Shown here: positions 1 through 11,800 of the stretch, piece after piece
Numbering within the stretch: the first letter of the stretch is position 1
Layout of the letters: the number at the start of each line of letters is the position of its first letter
Assembly (NCBI RefSeq): GCF_963921235.1
Contig: NC_086108.1
Span: 102,550,001 to 102,614,000 of the forward strand
Source: Mobula hypostoma
Lineage: Eukaryota
DNA length: 64,000 nt
Reading direction: 5' to 3'
Notes under the pieces: generated by a model
Seen by the model: the letters and a program-made list of their open reading frames with translations, nothing else
Database searches by the model: none
What the model was told of the DNA's origin: nothing
Made by a program: the position numbers and the translations under genes

Positions 1-11
1 ATTGGACTCCT

Positions 12-570
12 CCCTTCTCATTCGTTCGCTTATTATGTGTTATATCGTATGACGTGGGTGATCATGGTCCTTCCACGACCATGATTGTTCTGGGCAAATT
101 TTTCAACCAAAGTAATTTGCCATTGCCTTCTTCTGGTTAGTGTCTTTACATAGACATAGACATACCTTATTGATTCCGAGGGAAATTGAATTTCGTTACA
201 GCTGCGCCAACCAAGAATAGAGCATAAATATAGAAATACAAAAACCACAAACAATCAAACAACAATATGCAAACTATGCCAGATGGAAATAAGTCCAGGA
301 CCAGCCTATTGGCACAAGATGAGTCCCCCCAGCCATTCTCAATACTCTTCAGAGATTGACTGCCTGGTGTCAGTGGTTGCATATATAGGTCTTGTGATAT
401 GCACCAGCTGCTCATACGACCACCCACCACCTGCTCCCATGGATTCACGTGATTCTGCTTGTGGGGTGGAGTTAAGCAGGTGCTACACCTTTTCCCAATG
501 GTGACCTGCAGGCTAGTGGAGGGAAGGAGCACCTTACACCTCCTTTAGTAGAGATGTATCTACACCTTGC
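12..570 (-). mobile_element. Non-autonomous RTE/BovB-related SINE-like element, interrupted by a Rex-type 3' fragment (~147-313)
   Basis: Reverse complement of the element at 42040-42382. Carries the BovB-like motif GAAGAAGGCAATGGCAAA (rc at ~115-133). The insert has a (TATGTC)n tail. Confidence 0.6.
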
Positions 571-746
571 CTCCCTTCTACATAGACCATACCCCTCCAT
601 TTCTCTTTCATCCATATGCCTATCTAAGAATCTCTTGATGTATCTGCCTTGACTGCTACCCCAGCAGTGTATTCCAGGTACTTATTATTTGCTGTTTAAA
701 AAAAAAATCCTCCGATATCTCTCCTAAGTTATCCTCCACTCATCTT

Positions 747-1404
747 CTGCTTCTGCTTGGTACTGTGCAAGCACTGCGGGACGTCTGTTATAACGCGCAG
801 TCGGGGTGAATGGCGCGGGAGTTAAATTGTAAAGTAAGCTTTTTTGACTAGATCCCCTAAATTGATTTGATTGAGTCTATCTTTAAAAATATTAATGTCA
901 GAAATACTGCGCGGTCTGGCGGCAGAAGATTCCACTCTCTTGTTGATCCTGGATAGAGGGAGTACTGGTAGCAAATCTTATTGAATGAAGGAGTTTCCAA
1001 TATGTGAGGTCCAGTTTGCTGTCGAGTTGAACTGACCCTGCGACGAATTTGGATGTTTGATGGAGTGATGATGTGAACTTCTTTGAAAATGAAAATTAAC
1101 TGTAGTTTAATACGTCGGTTTTCAAGTGGTTCCCAGTGAAAGTTAGAGAGCATGTTGGTGACACTGGATTTCCTGCTGTAATCGTTTAACACAAAGCGAG
1201 CAGCACGGCGTTGAATTTTTTGGATGGACTTCTTATTGTTAGCTTGATGGGGATCCTGTATGGCCGCGCAATACTCAAGCGTTGGATGGACGAGTGGCTT
1301 ATATGCCATATCCTTGACAGAGTTACTACATGAGTGGAGGGTTCTTCTCAGGATACCCAGCATTTTATTTGCTTTGGCTGTAATCTGATTGATGTGGCAT
1401 GGGG
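747..1404 (-). mobile_element. 5'-truncated CR1/L2-superfamily LINE (RT C-terminus and 3' UTR), divergent lineage
   Basis: ORF 857-1363 reads AYKPLVHPTLEYC...IQRRAARFV...W.PLENRR. (AAGCAG)n tail at ~747-757. 6-bp TSD CATCTT at 741-746 and 1405-1410. Confidence 0.8.
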
Positions 1405-1769
1405 CATCTTAAAGGGATGCCCTGCAGTATTAGCCATTGCCATCCTGGGGAAAAAGGCATTCACAATGAGCTGGGATGAGAATTCATGTGGGTTAAACAT
1501 TGTAATGGATCAGTTGTCAATCACCATCTTGTCTTTCTTTCTAATCTTAGGAGACTACATGTGTTTCCCACACACAGAATTAAACAACAAATCATTATGA
1601 AATGATTTTTTTTCAGTTGTGTTAGTCGAAAGATGAATGCTGACAGGAGCACAAGAGTGATGTTGCTTCGAAATAGTGTCAGGGAGTCTCCTACTTTCAC
1701 TTGAGAAAGGGAAATGGATCCTCAAAGTCTCACCTAAAGGATTTTCTCTCCGCACAATGCCGGGCTGTA

Positions 1770-2165
1770 TCTGAATCAAGTTTTATATGTTGTGAAATTT
1801 GTTGTTATGTGGCAGCAGTACGTTGCAATATATGTAAAACAAAATTAAATAAGTACTGCAAAGAAAGTGGTGAGGTAGTGTTCATGGGTTTGAATGTCCA
1901 TTCAAAAATCTGATGGCGGGGGGAAGAAGCTGTTCCTGAATTGTTGAGTGTGTGCCTTCAGAGTTTTGTACCTCCTTCCTGTTGGTAGGTAGTAATGAGA
2001 AGAGGGTATGTCCTGGGTAATGGGGATCCTTAATGATGGATGCTGCCTTTTTGAGGCATTGCTCCTTGATGATGTTCTGGATGCTGGGGAGGCTAGTGCC
2101 CATGATGGAGCTGACTGAGTTTACAACTTCCTGCAGTTTATTTTGTTCCTGTCCAGTGCCACCCC
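1770..2165 (-). mobile_element. Rex1/Babar LINE 3' fragment
   Basis: ORF 1882-2103 CLKKAASIIKDPHYPGHTLFSLLP is the typical Rex1/Babar C-terminus. Confidence 0.8.
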
Positions 2166-2535
2166 CCCCCCATACCTGTATATTAGTCCTTGCTGATCTT
2201 TATGCTCAAGATCTAATGTGAGAGTGCTATCAAAAAGTCCAGCTGACATTGTGAAATATTGCTGATCTGCTGATGGGAAGCTGGTGAGTTACTGAGTATT
2301 TACCACTGAGGTGCAGTATATCTGTAGTTAATGTCATGCTTCTCTAACTGAAGTGCTAACAAGTCAGCATTTGGTGTATGATGAGTAGTTTAGGCCCTAT
2401 ATCCAAGAAAGGATGGAGACGGTCCAGAGGAGGTTTACAAGAATGAAAAAGTTAACACATGAGGAATGTCTCATTGAAATTTACTGAATATTTAGAAAGG
2501 ATGTGAAGCAGATGTTTCCAACAGTGGGATAACTC

Positions 2536-3225
2536 GGAGAGGAGGAGGAGATGGCAGTGCGACGCAGTGCGCGCGGCCGCTCCGAATTGATACTGTATTT
2601 GTAAGTAGGGGCCATGCACAATCCTGATTTGATGGAGACAGCCGTGAGAAGCATGGAGGAACATCTGGAGAAACTTCTGAAATGCCTGCTTCACTGCCGC
2701 TGCTACTGTGCGATCGAGAATCTCCGGAGTGGAAGGCCCCAAATCCTCAGCTTTGTCTATTGCCTGTTGCCGGGGCTGGGTTTGAAGCGCTTGGCAGAGA
2801 TGGTGCTCATTGCCCGGTGTCGGAGAGCTGTTCGGAGGCTCGAAGTTTTGGGACGAACTCGGAGTTGGACTGTGGTCGGGTGCTTCCAGGATGCTGCATC
2901 GGCAAGTTTGCGGCGCTGGAAGCTCATGGCAGGAAGAGTTTTCTTCCTTCAACCATCTGCGTGAGATGATGGGACTTTCGAGAGACTTTGAGATTTTTTT
3001 TTACCGTGCCCATGGTCTGTTCTTCTATCAAATTATGGTATTGCTTGCGCTGTTGTCACTATATGCTATAATTATGTAGTTTTTGTCGATTTTTCTGAGT
3101 CTTGGTTTGTCTTGTGTTTCTGTGATATCATTCTGGAGGGACAAATTGTATCATTTCTTAATGCATGCATTACTAAATGACAATAAAAGAGGACTGCGTG
3201 TCCTCATAATCTAAAAAAATAATCT
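2536..3225 (+). mobile_element. Non-autonomous retroelement (YY1-like 5' end, 3' stem-loop, (AATCT)n tail), copy 1
   Basis: Homologous along its length to 55300-55935 (-). Starts GGAGGAGATGGC. Ends TGACAATAAA, GAGGAC/GTCCTC hairpin, AATCT. Confidence 0.75.
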
Positions 3226-3275
3226 AGGACCAGAAAAAACAGCCTCAGAATACAAAGACATCCCTTTATAACAGA

Positions 3276-3450
3276 AACAACAGGAATTCTGCAGATGCTG
3301 GAAATTCAAGCAACAGACATCAAAGTTGCTGGTGAACGCAGCAGGCCAGGCAGCACCTCTAGGAAGAGGTGCAGTCGACGTTTCAGGCCGAGACCCTTCG
3401 TCGAGATGCTGCCTGGCCTGCTGCGTTCACCAGCAACTTTGATGTGTTTT
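3276..3450. mobile_element. Penelope-derived fold-back mini-element with partial hammerhead ribozyme
   Basis: ~43-bp inverted arms (ACATCAAAGTTGCTGGTGAACGCAGCAGGCCAGGCAGCA and its rc). 13-bp TSD CCTTTATAACAGA at 3263-3275 and 3451-3463. Confidence 0.85.
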
Positions 3451-4056
3451 CCTTTATAACAGAGATAGGAAGGAATTTCTCTGAGCAGAGGGTAATGAAT
3501 CTGTAGAATTCATTCACACAGCTGGCTATGGAGACCAAGTCAATGAGTATACTTAGTGGTTGATAGGTTCTTGATTAGTAAGGGTGTCAAAGGATACAGG
3601 GAAAAGGCGGGAGAATGGGGTTGGGAGGGATAATAAATCAGCCATGATGTAATAGTGGAACAGACTTAATGCACCAAATGGTCAAACTCTGCTCCTGCGT
3701 CTTATGGTCTAAACGATCTGATATGTGAGGCTATCTACTCTGGAAGGAAGAATGAAAAAGCAAACTACTATTTCAATGGAGTGAAATTACAAAATAATGA
3801 GGTACAAAGTGATCTGGAGGTTTTCCTGTTGAAAAGACGAAGGGTTGGCATTCACGTACAAGTAAGAATGGAGGTGATAGACTGGGATTGTTTTCCATGT
3901 GACAGAGGTTAAAGAGAATTCTGAAGGAGCTGCTCCAAATAATGAGAGCACTTTAAATGAGCAGATAGAGAGAGAGATTGTTTCCACTGGCAAAAGCATT
4001 AGCAACTAGAGAATTGAGATAATTGAGTGAATTGGAGGAAAGTGAATTTATAAGTG

Positions 4057-5770
4057 AATTTGGATCTGTCTTCACTAGGAAAGACACAAACAATCTCCCA
4101 GATGTAATAGTGGCCAGAGGACCTAGGGTAACGGAGGATCTGAAGGAAATTCACTTTAGGCAGAAAATGGTGTTGGATAGACTGATGGGACTGAAGGCTG
4201 ATAAATCCCCAGGGCCTGATGGTCTGCATCCCAGGGGACTTAAGGAGGTGGCTCTAGAAATCGTGGACACATTGGTAATCATTTTCCAATGTTCTATAGA
4301 TTCAGGATCAGTTCCTGTGGATTGGAGTGTGGCTAATGTTATCCCACTTTTTAAGAAAGGAGTGAGAGAGAAAACAGGGAATTATAGACCAGTTAGCTTG
4401 ACATCAGTGGTGGGGAAGATGCTGGAGTCAATTATAAAAGATGAAATAGCTGCACATTTGGATAGCAGTAACAGGATCGGTCTGAGTCAGCATGGGTTTA
4501 TGAAGGGGAAATCATGCTTGACTAATCTTCTGGACTATTTTGAGGATGTGACTATGAAAATGGACAAGGGAGAGCCAGTGGATGTAGTGTACCTGGACTT
4601 TCAGAAAGCCTTTGATAAGGTCCCACATAGGAGATTAGTGGGCAAAATTGGAGAACATGGTATTGGGAGTAGGGTACTGACATGGATAGAAAATTGGTTG
4701 GCAGACAGGAAACAAAGAGTAGGGATTAACGGGTCCCTTTCGGAATGGTTGGCAGTGACTAGTGGGGTACCACAAGGCTCAGTGCTGGGACAGCAGCTAT
4801 TTACAATATACATTAATGATTTAGATGAATCTGAAACATTAGCAAATTTGCAGATGACACAAAGCTGGGTGGCAGTGTGAAATCTGAGGAGAATGTTGTG
4901 GGAATGCAGGATGACTTGGACAGGTTGGGTGAGTGGGCAGATGCATGGCAGATGCATGGCAGATGCAGTTTATTGTGGATAAATGTGAGGTTATCCACTT
5001 TGGTGGCGAGAACAAGAAAGCAGATTACAACCTGAATGATGTCAAATTAGGAAAAGGGGAAGTACAACGAGATCTAAGTGTCCTTGTTCATCAGTCACTG
5101 AAAGTAAGCATGCAGGTACAGCAGGCGCTGAAGAAAGCTAATGGCATGTTGGCCTTCATAACAAGGGGAGTTGAATATAGGAGCAAAGAGGCCCTTCTGC
5201 AGTTGTACAGGGCCCTGGTGAGACCACACCTGCAGTTTTGGTCTCCAAATTTGAGGAAGGACATTCTTGCTATTGAGGGAGTACAGCGCAGGTTCATGAG
5301 GTTAATTCCCAGGATGGCGGGACTGTCATATGTTGAAAGATTGGAGCTACTGGGCTTGTATACACTGGAATTTAGAAGGATGAGAGGGGATCGAATTGAA
5401 ACATATAAGATTATTAAGGGATTGGACACGCTAGAAGCAGAAAACATGTTCCTGATGTTGGGGGAGTCCAGAACCAGAGGCCACAGTTTCAGAATAAGGG
5501 GTAGGCCATTTAGAACTGAGTTGAGGAAAAACTTTTTCACCCACAGAGTTGTGGATCTGTGGAATGCTCTGTCTCAGAAGGCATTGGAGGTCAATTCTCT
5601 GAATGCTTTCAAGAAAGGGTTAGATAGAGCTGTTAATGATAGCGGAGTCAAGCGATATGGGGAGAAGGCAGGAACTGGGTACTGATTATGGATGATCAGC
5701 CATAATCACATTGAATGGTGGTGCTGGCTCGAAGGGCCAAATGGCATACCCTTGCACCTATTGTCTATTG
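4057..5770 (+). mobile_element. 5'-truncated CR1 LINE, frameshifted RT
   Basis: ORFs 4023-4880 and 4933-5685 contain KSPGPDG, NYRPVSLTS, YLDFQKAFD and GVPQGSVLG, with a frameshift near the catalytic motif. Tail CCTATTGTCTATTG. Confidence 0.95.
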
Positions 5771-6828
5771 AAAGATGAATTTTATTTAACAGTAAATTGC
5801 CATGATGTAAAATGTAGTGTCTGAAGGAACAGTGGAATGAAAATCAATCACAATTTTCCAAACGAAAATCAGATGAACATGAAGGAGGGAACATTTGCAA
5901 GGTCACCACAAACACACGGGAGAAAACACATACATAAAACACAGTACAGCATTGGGATGGGCAGAGCAGCCTCAAGAACTGTAATTCAATGAGAAGCTTG
6001 CATGTTGCATGCTACTGAAATATTAAGCAATGCACTGTAGATGAATAAGTTAATTTTGTTGTATGCAGCCTGAGGAAAGCCTGATTACTAGAATGGCTCC
6101 AAGAGGAATTTTAGTTACGAAGATGGAATGGAGAAACTGGGCCAGCTTTCTTTCGAGCAGAGAAGGATGAGAGGAATTACAATCTGGAGCTGTAGGTAAG
6201 GTAGGATAAACAGAGAAACCATTTCCATTCGCAGCAGGGCCAAGAACCAGAGACTCTGATTCAAAGTAATCAGCAAGCGATGAATGAAAGGAAAACAGTT
6301 TTTCACATAACAAGGAGTAATGATCTGGAAAGAATTGCACTGAAAGTAGATTCCTTTGTGGCTTTCAAAAGAAAATTTTATAAGTATTTGAAAGTAAAGT
6401 ATTTGCAGAACCCATGGGGGATCAGCAAGAAGAAATGATTGGATTGAAGTATAAAACTCTGGATAGACTGAAGGGGCAGAATGGCCTTCTTCACTTCAGT
6501 GATCCTGTGACTCCCTTTCACATTGTTCTAGTTATTTCAAAAAGCTTAGCTGGAAACCTTACAGTTTCTCTGCGATTCGGAGACTTCTAATAAAATATAC
6601 ATAACGCGAGCTTGGAAAACAGTAACGTCAGAAATCTGAACCCAATGGAAATCAACCCCATCTTAATATGCAAATTGAAACACTGTAAACTCGGCATTTA
6701 TTTGAAACATTCGAAAAAAATATTGCCAGCGTTATTAAGGACATCTAATTGACAATGTGGCAGTTGAGAATAAACTTGTGAGCTGACAGAAACACTGGAA
6801 ATGCTCAGCGGGACATACCGCACCAGCA

Positions 6829-6867
6829 CAGTTAATGTTTCAAGTCGAGGACCATACGTCAGAACTG
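6829..6867 (-). ncRNA. Decayed minimal hammerhead ribozyme in an old Penelope-end fragment
   Basis: Minus strand reads CAGTT-CTGACGT-ATGGTCCTCGACTT-GAAAC-ATT-AACTG. Stem I is CAGUU/AACUG and the core is partly mutated. Confidence 0.5.
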
Positions 6868-6949
6868 ATGGGAGTGTTGGCACGTCAGAGCTGGCACTGA
6901 ATCTTGGCATCGATATGTGCCCTCACCTAAAATGTTACTGTTAGACCTA

Positions 6950-7180
6950 AGAGGTGGTGAATCTATGGAATTTGTTGCCACGGGCAGCAGTGGAGGCCAA
7001 GTCATTGGGTGTATTTAAGGCAGAGATTGATAGGTATCTGAGTAGCCAGGGCATCAAAGGTTATGGTGAGAAGGCGGGGGAGTGGGACTAAATGGGAGAA
7101 TGGATCAGCTCATGATAAAATGGTGGAGCAGACTTGATGGGCCAAATGTCCGACTTCTGCTCCTTTGTCTTATGGTCTTG
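6950..7180 (+). mobile_element. CR1 3'-end fragment
   Basis: Nearly identical to ~16224-16450, the 3' end of the CR1 at 13680-16451. Confidence 0.85.
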
Positions 7181-7359
7181 TCTTACGTACGGGTCTCATC
7201 GTGGGTCTTCAGGGGTGAAGTTGAGAACCAGGGGGCAGGTTGCCACTGATGCCCTTTCTCTCCAAAGCTTTGCTGATTTAGTTGGTTTGGACAAGCCCTC
7301 TAAGCATATTGTAGCTCGATCACTGAAGCTGGAGTCTGAGGTAATGGAGGTTGAAAAGT

Positions 7360-7870
7360 CGCCTTCAGATTCCAATTTATTCATCACACGTTTATCAAAA
7401 CAAAATTTAATATGTTGTTTGCATCAATAACCAACACAACCAGGATGTGCTGGGGGCAACCTGTAAGTATCACCATACATTCCGGCACCAACATAGCATG
7501 CCACAGTGTTCAGCAGAGCAACACAAGCAGCCGTGACAACAGAACAAAACAAGACAACAACAGCAAAACAAGTCCCTTTCTCACCCTCCCACCCACCCGT
7601 CACAAACACAGACAGGCTTCTACCCAGTGAGAGGAAACCAGAGCACCCGGAGGAACACACATCAAAGTTGCTGGTGAACGCAGCAGGCCAGGCAGCATCT
7701 CTAGGAAGAGGTACAGTCGGCGCTTCAGGCCGAGACCCTTCGTCAGGAGGAAACCCATGTGGTCACAGTCAGAATGTACAGATTCCTTATGGAAAGTGGC
7801 AGAAAATGAACCCCAATTTCTGATGGCTGGTGCTGTAGAGCATTGTGCTAACCACTACGTTACCGTGATA
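7360..7870 (-). mobile_element. V-domain (HE1-like) SINE with a Penelope-end insert at ~7656-7745
   Basis: The rc V-domain GAGGAAACCAGAGCACCCGGAGGAAACCCA is split by a ~90-bp Penelope end flanked by GGAGGAA repeats. Confidence 0.7.
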
Positions 7871-8139
7871 CTGCCTGGCTCACTGTCTTCCTCCAGAATT
7901 CTGTTTGTTATACCTCTTCTTCCATTAAATGGTGTCAGGTGATCTTCCTGAGAGGACAGAATATATACACCACAATTGAAGGAGATGTGTGAGACAGTTC
8001 TTTACACTAAGAGAGGTGGGTGTGGGGAACAGACTGGTGAAAGCAGATCTGAAAGTGGCACCTCAGAAGCCGTTAAATAGACACATGACTATGCAGAGAA
8101 TGGAGGGATACAGATCATGTACAGGCAGAAAAGACTTAG

Positions 8140-8684
8140 ACCATAAGGCATAGGAGCAGAATCAGGACTATTGGCCCATTGAGTCTGCTTCCCCATTCCA
8201 TCATGGCTGATCTATTGTTCCTCTCAACTCCATTCGCCTTTCATCTCCCCGTAACCTTTAATGCCTTGACAGATCAAAAAGCTATTAACCTTCACTTTAG
8301 AAATGCCCAACAACTGGACCTCTAAAGCCATCTGTGGCAATGTATTCAACAGATTTTTGATCCTCTGATTAAAGAAAATCCTCATCATCTCTGTTCTAAA
8401 TGGACATCCCTCTATTCTGAGTCTGTGCCCTCAGGTCCTAGACTCTCCCACAATAGAAACAACTGCTCCATCTAGGCCTTTCAATATTTGATAGGTTTCA
8501 ATATGACCTACACTGCTACTCCACCCCATTCTTCTTAACTCCAGCTAGTACACAGGCCCAGAGCCATCAAAACACTTCTCATATGTAAACCCTTCCGCTC
8601 CTGGAATCATTCTCATGAATCTCATCTGGCTCTCTCCAATGCCAGCACATCCTTTATTAGATGAAGTGCAATCTGACCAATGCC
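8140..8684 (-). mobile_element. Old CR1 3' fragment (continues at ~12143-12220)
   Basis: CR1 ORF2-end similarity (MRFMRMIPG...YE). Tail GACCATAAG. The sequence resumes after the SINE at ~12143. Confidence 0.7.
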
Positions 8685-8857
8685 TTTTTTTTTTATTTAT
8701 TGAGATACAGTGTTGAACAGACCCTTTTGGTTCCTTCAAGCCTCATGACTCAGCAATTCATAGAAACATAGAAACATAGAAAATAGGTGCAGGAGTAGGC
8801 CATTCGGCCCTTCGAGCCTGCACCGCCATTTATTATGATCATGGCTGATCATCCAAC

Positions 8858-11800
8858 TCAGAACCCAGCCTTCCCTCCATACCCCCTGACCCCTGTAGCC
8901 ACAAGGGCCATATCTAACTTCCTTTTAAACATAGCTAATGAACTGGCCTCAACAGTTTGCTGTGGCAGAGAATTCCACAGATTCACCACTCTCTGTGTGA
9001 AGAAGTTTTTCCTAACCTCGGTCCTAAAAGGCTTCCCCTCTATCCTCAAACTGTGACCCCTCGTTCTAGACCTCCCCAACATCGGGAACAATTTTCCTGC
9101 ATCTAGCCTGTCCAATCCCTTTAGGATCTTATACGTTTCAATCAGATCCCCCCTCAATCTTCTAAATTCCAACGAGTACAAGCCCAGTTCATCCAGTCTT
9201 TCTTCATATGAAAGACCTGCCATCCCAGGAATCAATCTGGTGAACCTTCTTTGTACTCCCTCTATGGCAAAGATGTCTTTCCTCAGATTAGGGGACCAAA
9301 ACTGCACACAATACTCCAGGTGTGGTCTCACCAAGGCCTTGTACAACTGCAGTAGTACCTCCCTGCTCCTGTACTCGAATCCTCTCGCTATAAATGCCAG
9401 CATACCGTTCGCCTTTTTCACCGCCTGCTGTACCTGCATGCCCACTTTCAATGACTGGTGTATAATGACACCCAGGTCTCGTTGCACCTCCCCTTTTCCT
9501 AATCGGCCACCATTCAGATAATAATCTGTTTTCCTATTTTTGCCACCAAAGTGGATAACTTCACATTTATCCACATTAAATTGCATCTGCCATGAGTTTG
9601 CCCACTCACCCAACCTATCCAAGTCACCCTGCATCCTCTTAGCATCCTCCTCACTGCTAACACTGCCACCCAGCTTCGTGTCATCCGCAAACTTGGAGAT
9701 GCTGCATTTAATTCCCTCATCCAAGTCATTAATATATATTGTAAACAACTGGGGTCCCAGCACTGAGCCTTGCGGTACCCCACTAGTCACCGCCTGCCAT
9801 TCTGAAAAGGTCCCGTTTATTCCCACTCTTTGCTTCCTGTCTGCTAACCAATTCTCCACCCACACCAATACCTTACCCCCAATACCGTGTGCTTTAAGTT
9901 TGCACACTAATCTCCTATGTGGGACCTTGTCAAAAGCCTTTTGAAAATCCAAATATACCACATCCACTGGTTCTCCCCTATCCACTCTACTAGTTACATC
10001 CTCAAAAAATTCTATGAGATTCGTCAGACATGATTTTCCTTTCACAAATCCATGCTGACTTTGTCCGATCATTTCACCGCTTTCCAAATGTGCTGTTATC
10101 ACATCCTTGATAACTGACTCCAGCAGTTTCCCCACCACCGACGTTAGGCTAACCGGCCTATAATTCCCCGGTTTCTCTCTCCCTCCTTTTTTAAAAAGTG
10201 GGGTTACATTAGCCACCCTCCAATCCTCAGGAACTAGTCCAGAATCTAACGAGTTTTGAAAAATTATCACTAATGCATCCACTATTTCTTGGGCCACTTC
10301 CTTAAGCACTCTGGGATGCAGACCATCTGGCCCTGGGGATTTATCTGCCTTCAATCCCTTCAATTTACCTAACACCACTTCCCTACTAACATGTATTTCG
10401 CTCAGTTCCTCCATCTCACTGGACCCTCTGTCCCTTACTATTTCTGGAAGATTATTTATGTCCTCCTTAGTGAAGACAGAACCAAAGTAATTATTCAATT
10501 GGTCTGCCATGTCCTTGCTCCCCATAATCAATTCACCTGTTTCTGTTTGCAGGGGACCTACATTTGTCTTTATCAGTCTTTTCCTTTTTACATATCTATA
10601 AAAGCTTTTACAGTCCGTTTTTATGTTCTCTGCCAGTTTTCTCTCATAATCTTTTTTCCCCTTCCTAATTAAGCCCTTTGTCCTCCTCTGCTGAACTCTG
10701 AATTTCTCCCAGTCCTCAGGTGAGCCACTTTCTCTGGCTAATTTGTATGCTACTTCTTTGGAATTGATACTATCCCTAATTTCTCTTGTCAGCCACGGGT
10801 GCACTACCTTCCTTGATTTATTCTTTTGCCAAACTGGGATGAACAATTGTTGTAGTTCATCCATGCAACCTTTAAATGCCTGCCATTGCATATCCACCGT
10901 CAATCCTTGAAGTGTCATTTGCCAGTCTATCTTAGCTAATTCATGTCTCATACCTTCAAAGTTACCCCTCTTTAAGTTCAGAACCTTTGTTTCTGAATTA
11001 ACTACGTCACTCTCCATGTTAATGAAGAATTCCACCATATTATGGTCACTCTTACCCAAGGGGCCTCTCACGACAAGATCGCTAATTAACCCTTCCTCAT
11101 TGCTCAAAACCCAGTCCAGAATAGCCTGCTCTCTAGTCGGTTCCTCGACATGTTGGTTCAAAAAACCATCCCGCATACATTCCAAGAAATCCTCTTCCTC
11201 AGCACCTTTACCAATTTGGTTCACCCAGTCTACATGTAGATTGAAGTCACCCATTATAACTGCTGTTCCTTTATTGCACACATTTCTAATTTCCTGTTTA
11301 ATACCATCTCCGACCTCACTACTACTGTTAGGTGGCCTGTACACAACTCCCACCAGCGTCTTCTGCCCCTTAGTGTTACGCAGCTCTACCCATATCGATT
11401 CCACATCTTCCCGGCTTATGTCCTTCCTTTCTATTGCGTTAATCTCTTTTTTAACCAGCAACGCCACCCCACCTCCCCTTCCTTCGTGTCTATCCCTCCT
11501 GAATATTGAATATCCCTGAACGTTGAGCTCCCATCCCTGGTCACCCTGGAGCCATGTCTCTGTGATCCCAACTATATCATAATCATTAATAACAATCTGC
11601 ACTTTCAATTCATCCACCTTATTACGAATGCTCCTTGCATTGACACATAAAGCCTTCAGGCACTCTTTTACAACTCTCTTAGCCCTTTTTAATGCTTGCC
11701 CTGGATTTGTCGGCCTGCCACTTTTACTTTTCCCCTTTGTACTTTTTGCTTCTACGCTCACTTTACACCCCTCTGTCTCTCTGCACTGGTTCCCATCCCT

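Larger units (their letters stand above)
2230..3712 (+). mobile_element. Decayed CR1 3' fragment hosting two younger insertions
   Basis: CR1 ORF2-end and 3' UTR sequence that resumes across the inserts at 2536-3225 and 3276-3450. Ends ...TCTTATGGTCT. Confidence 0.7.

Noticed and set aside
2452..3079. Overlapping 90-166-aa ORFs on both strands (also 55344-55886)
   Set aside because: They lie in a GC-rich repeat, frames are not preserved between the two copies, and there is no recognisable domain.
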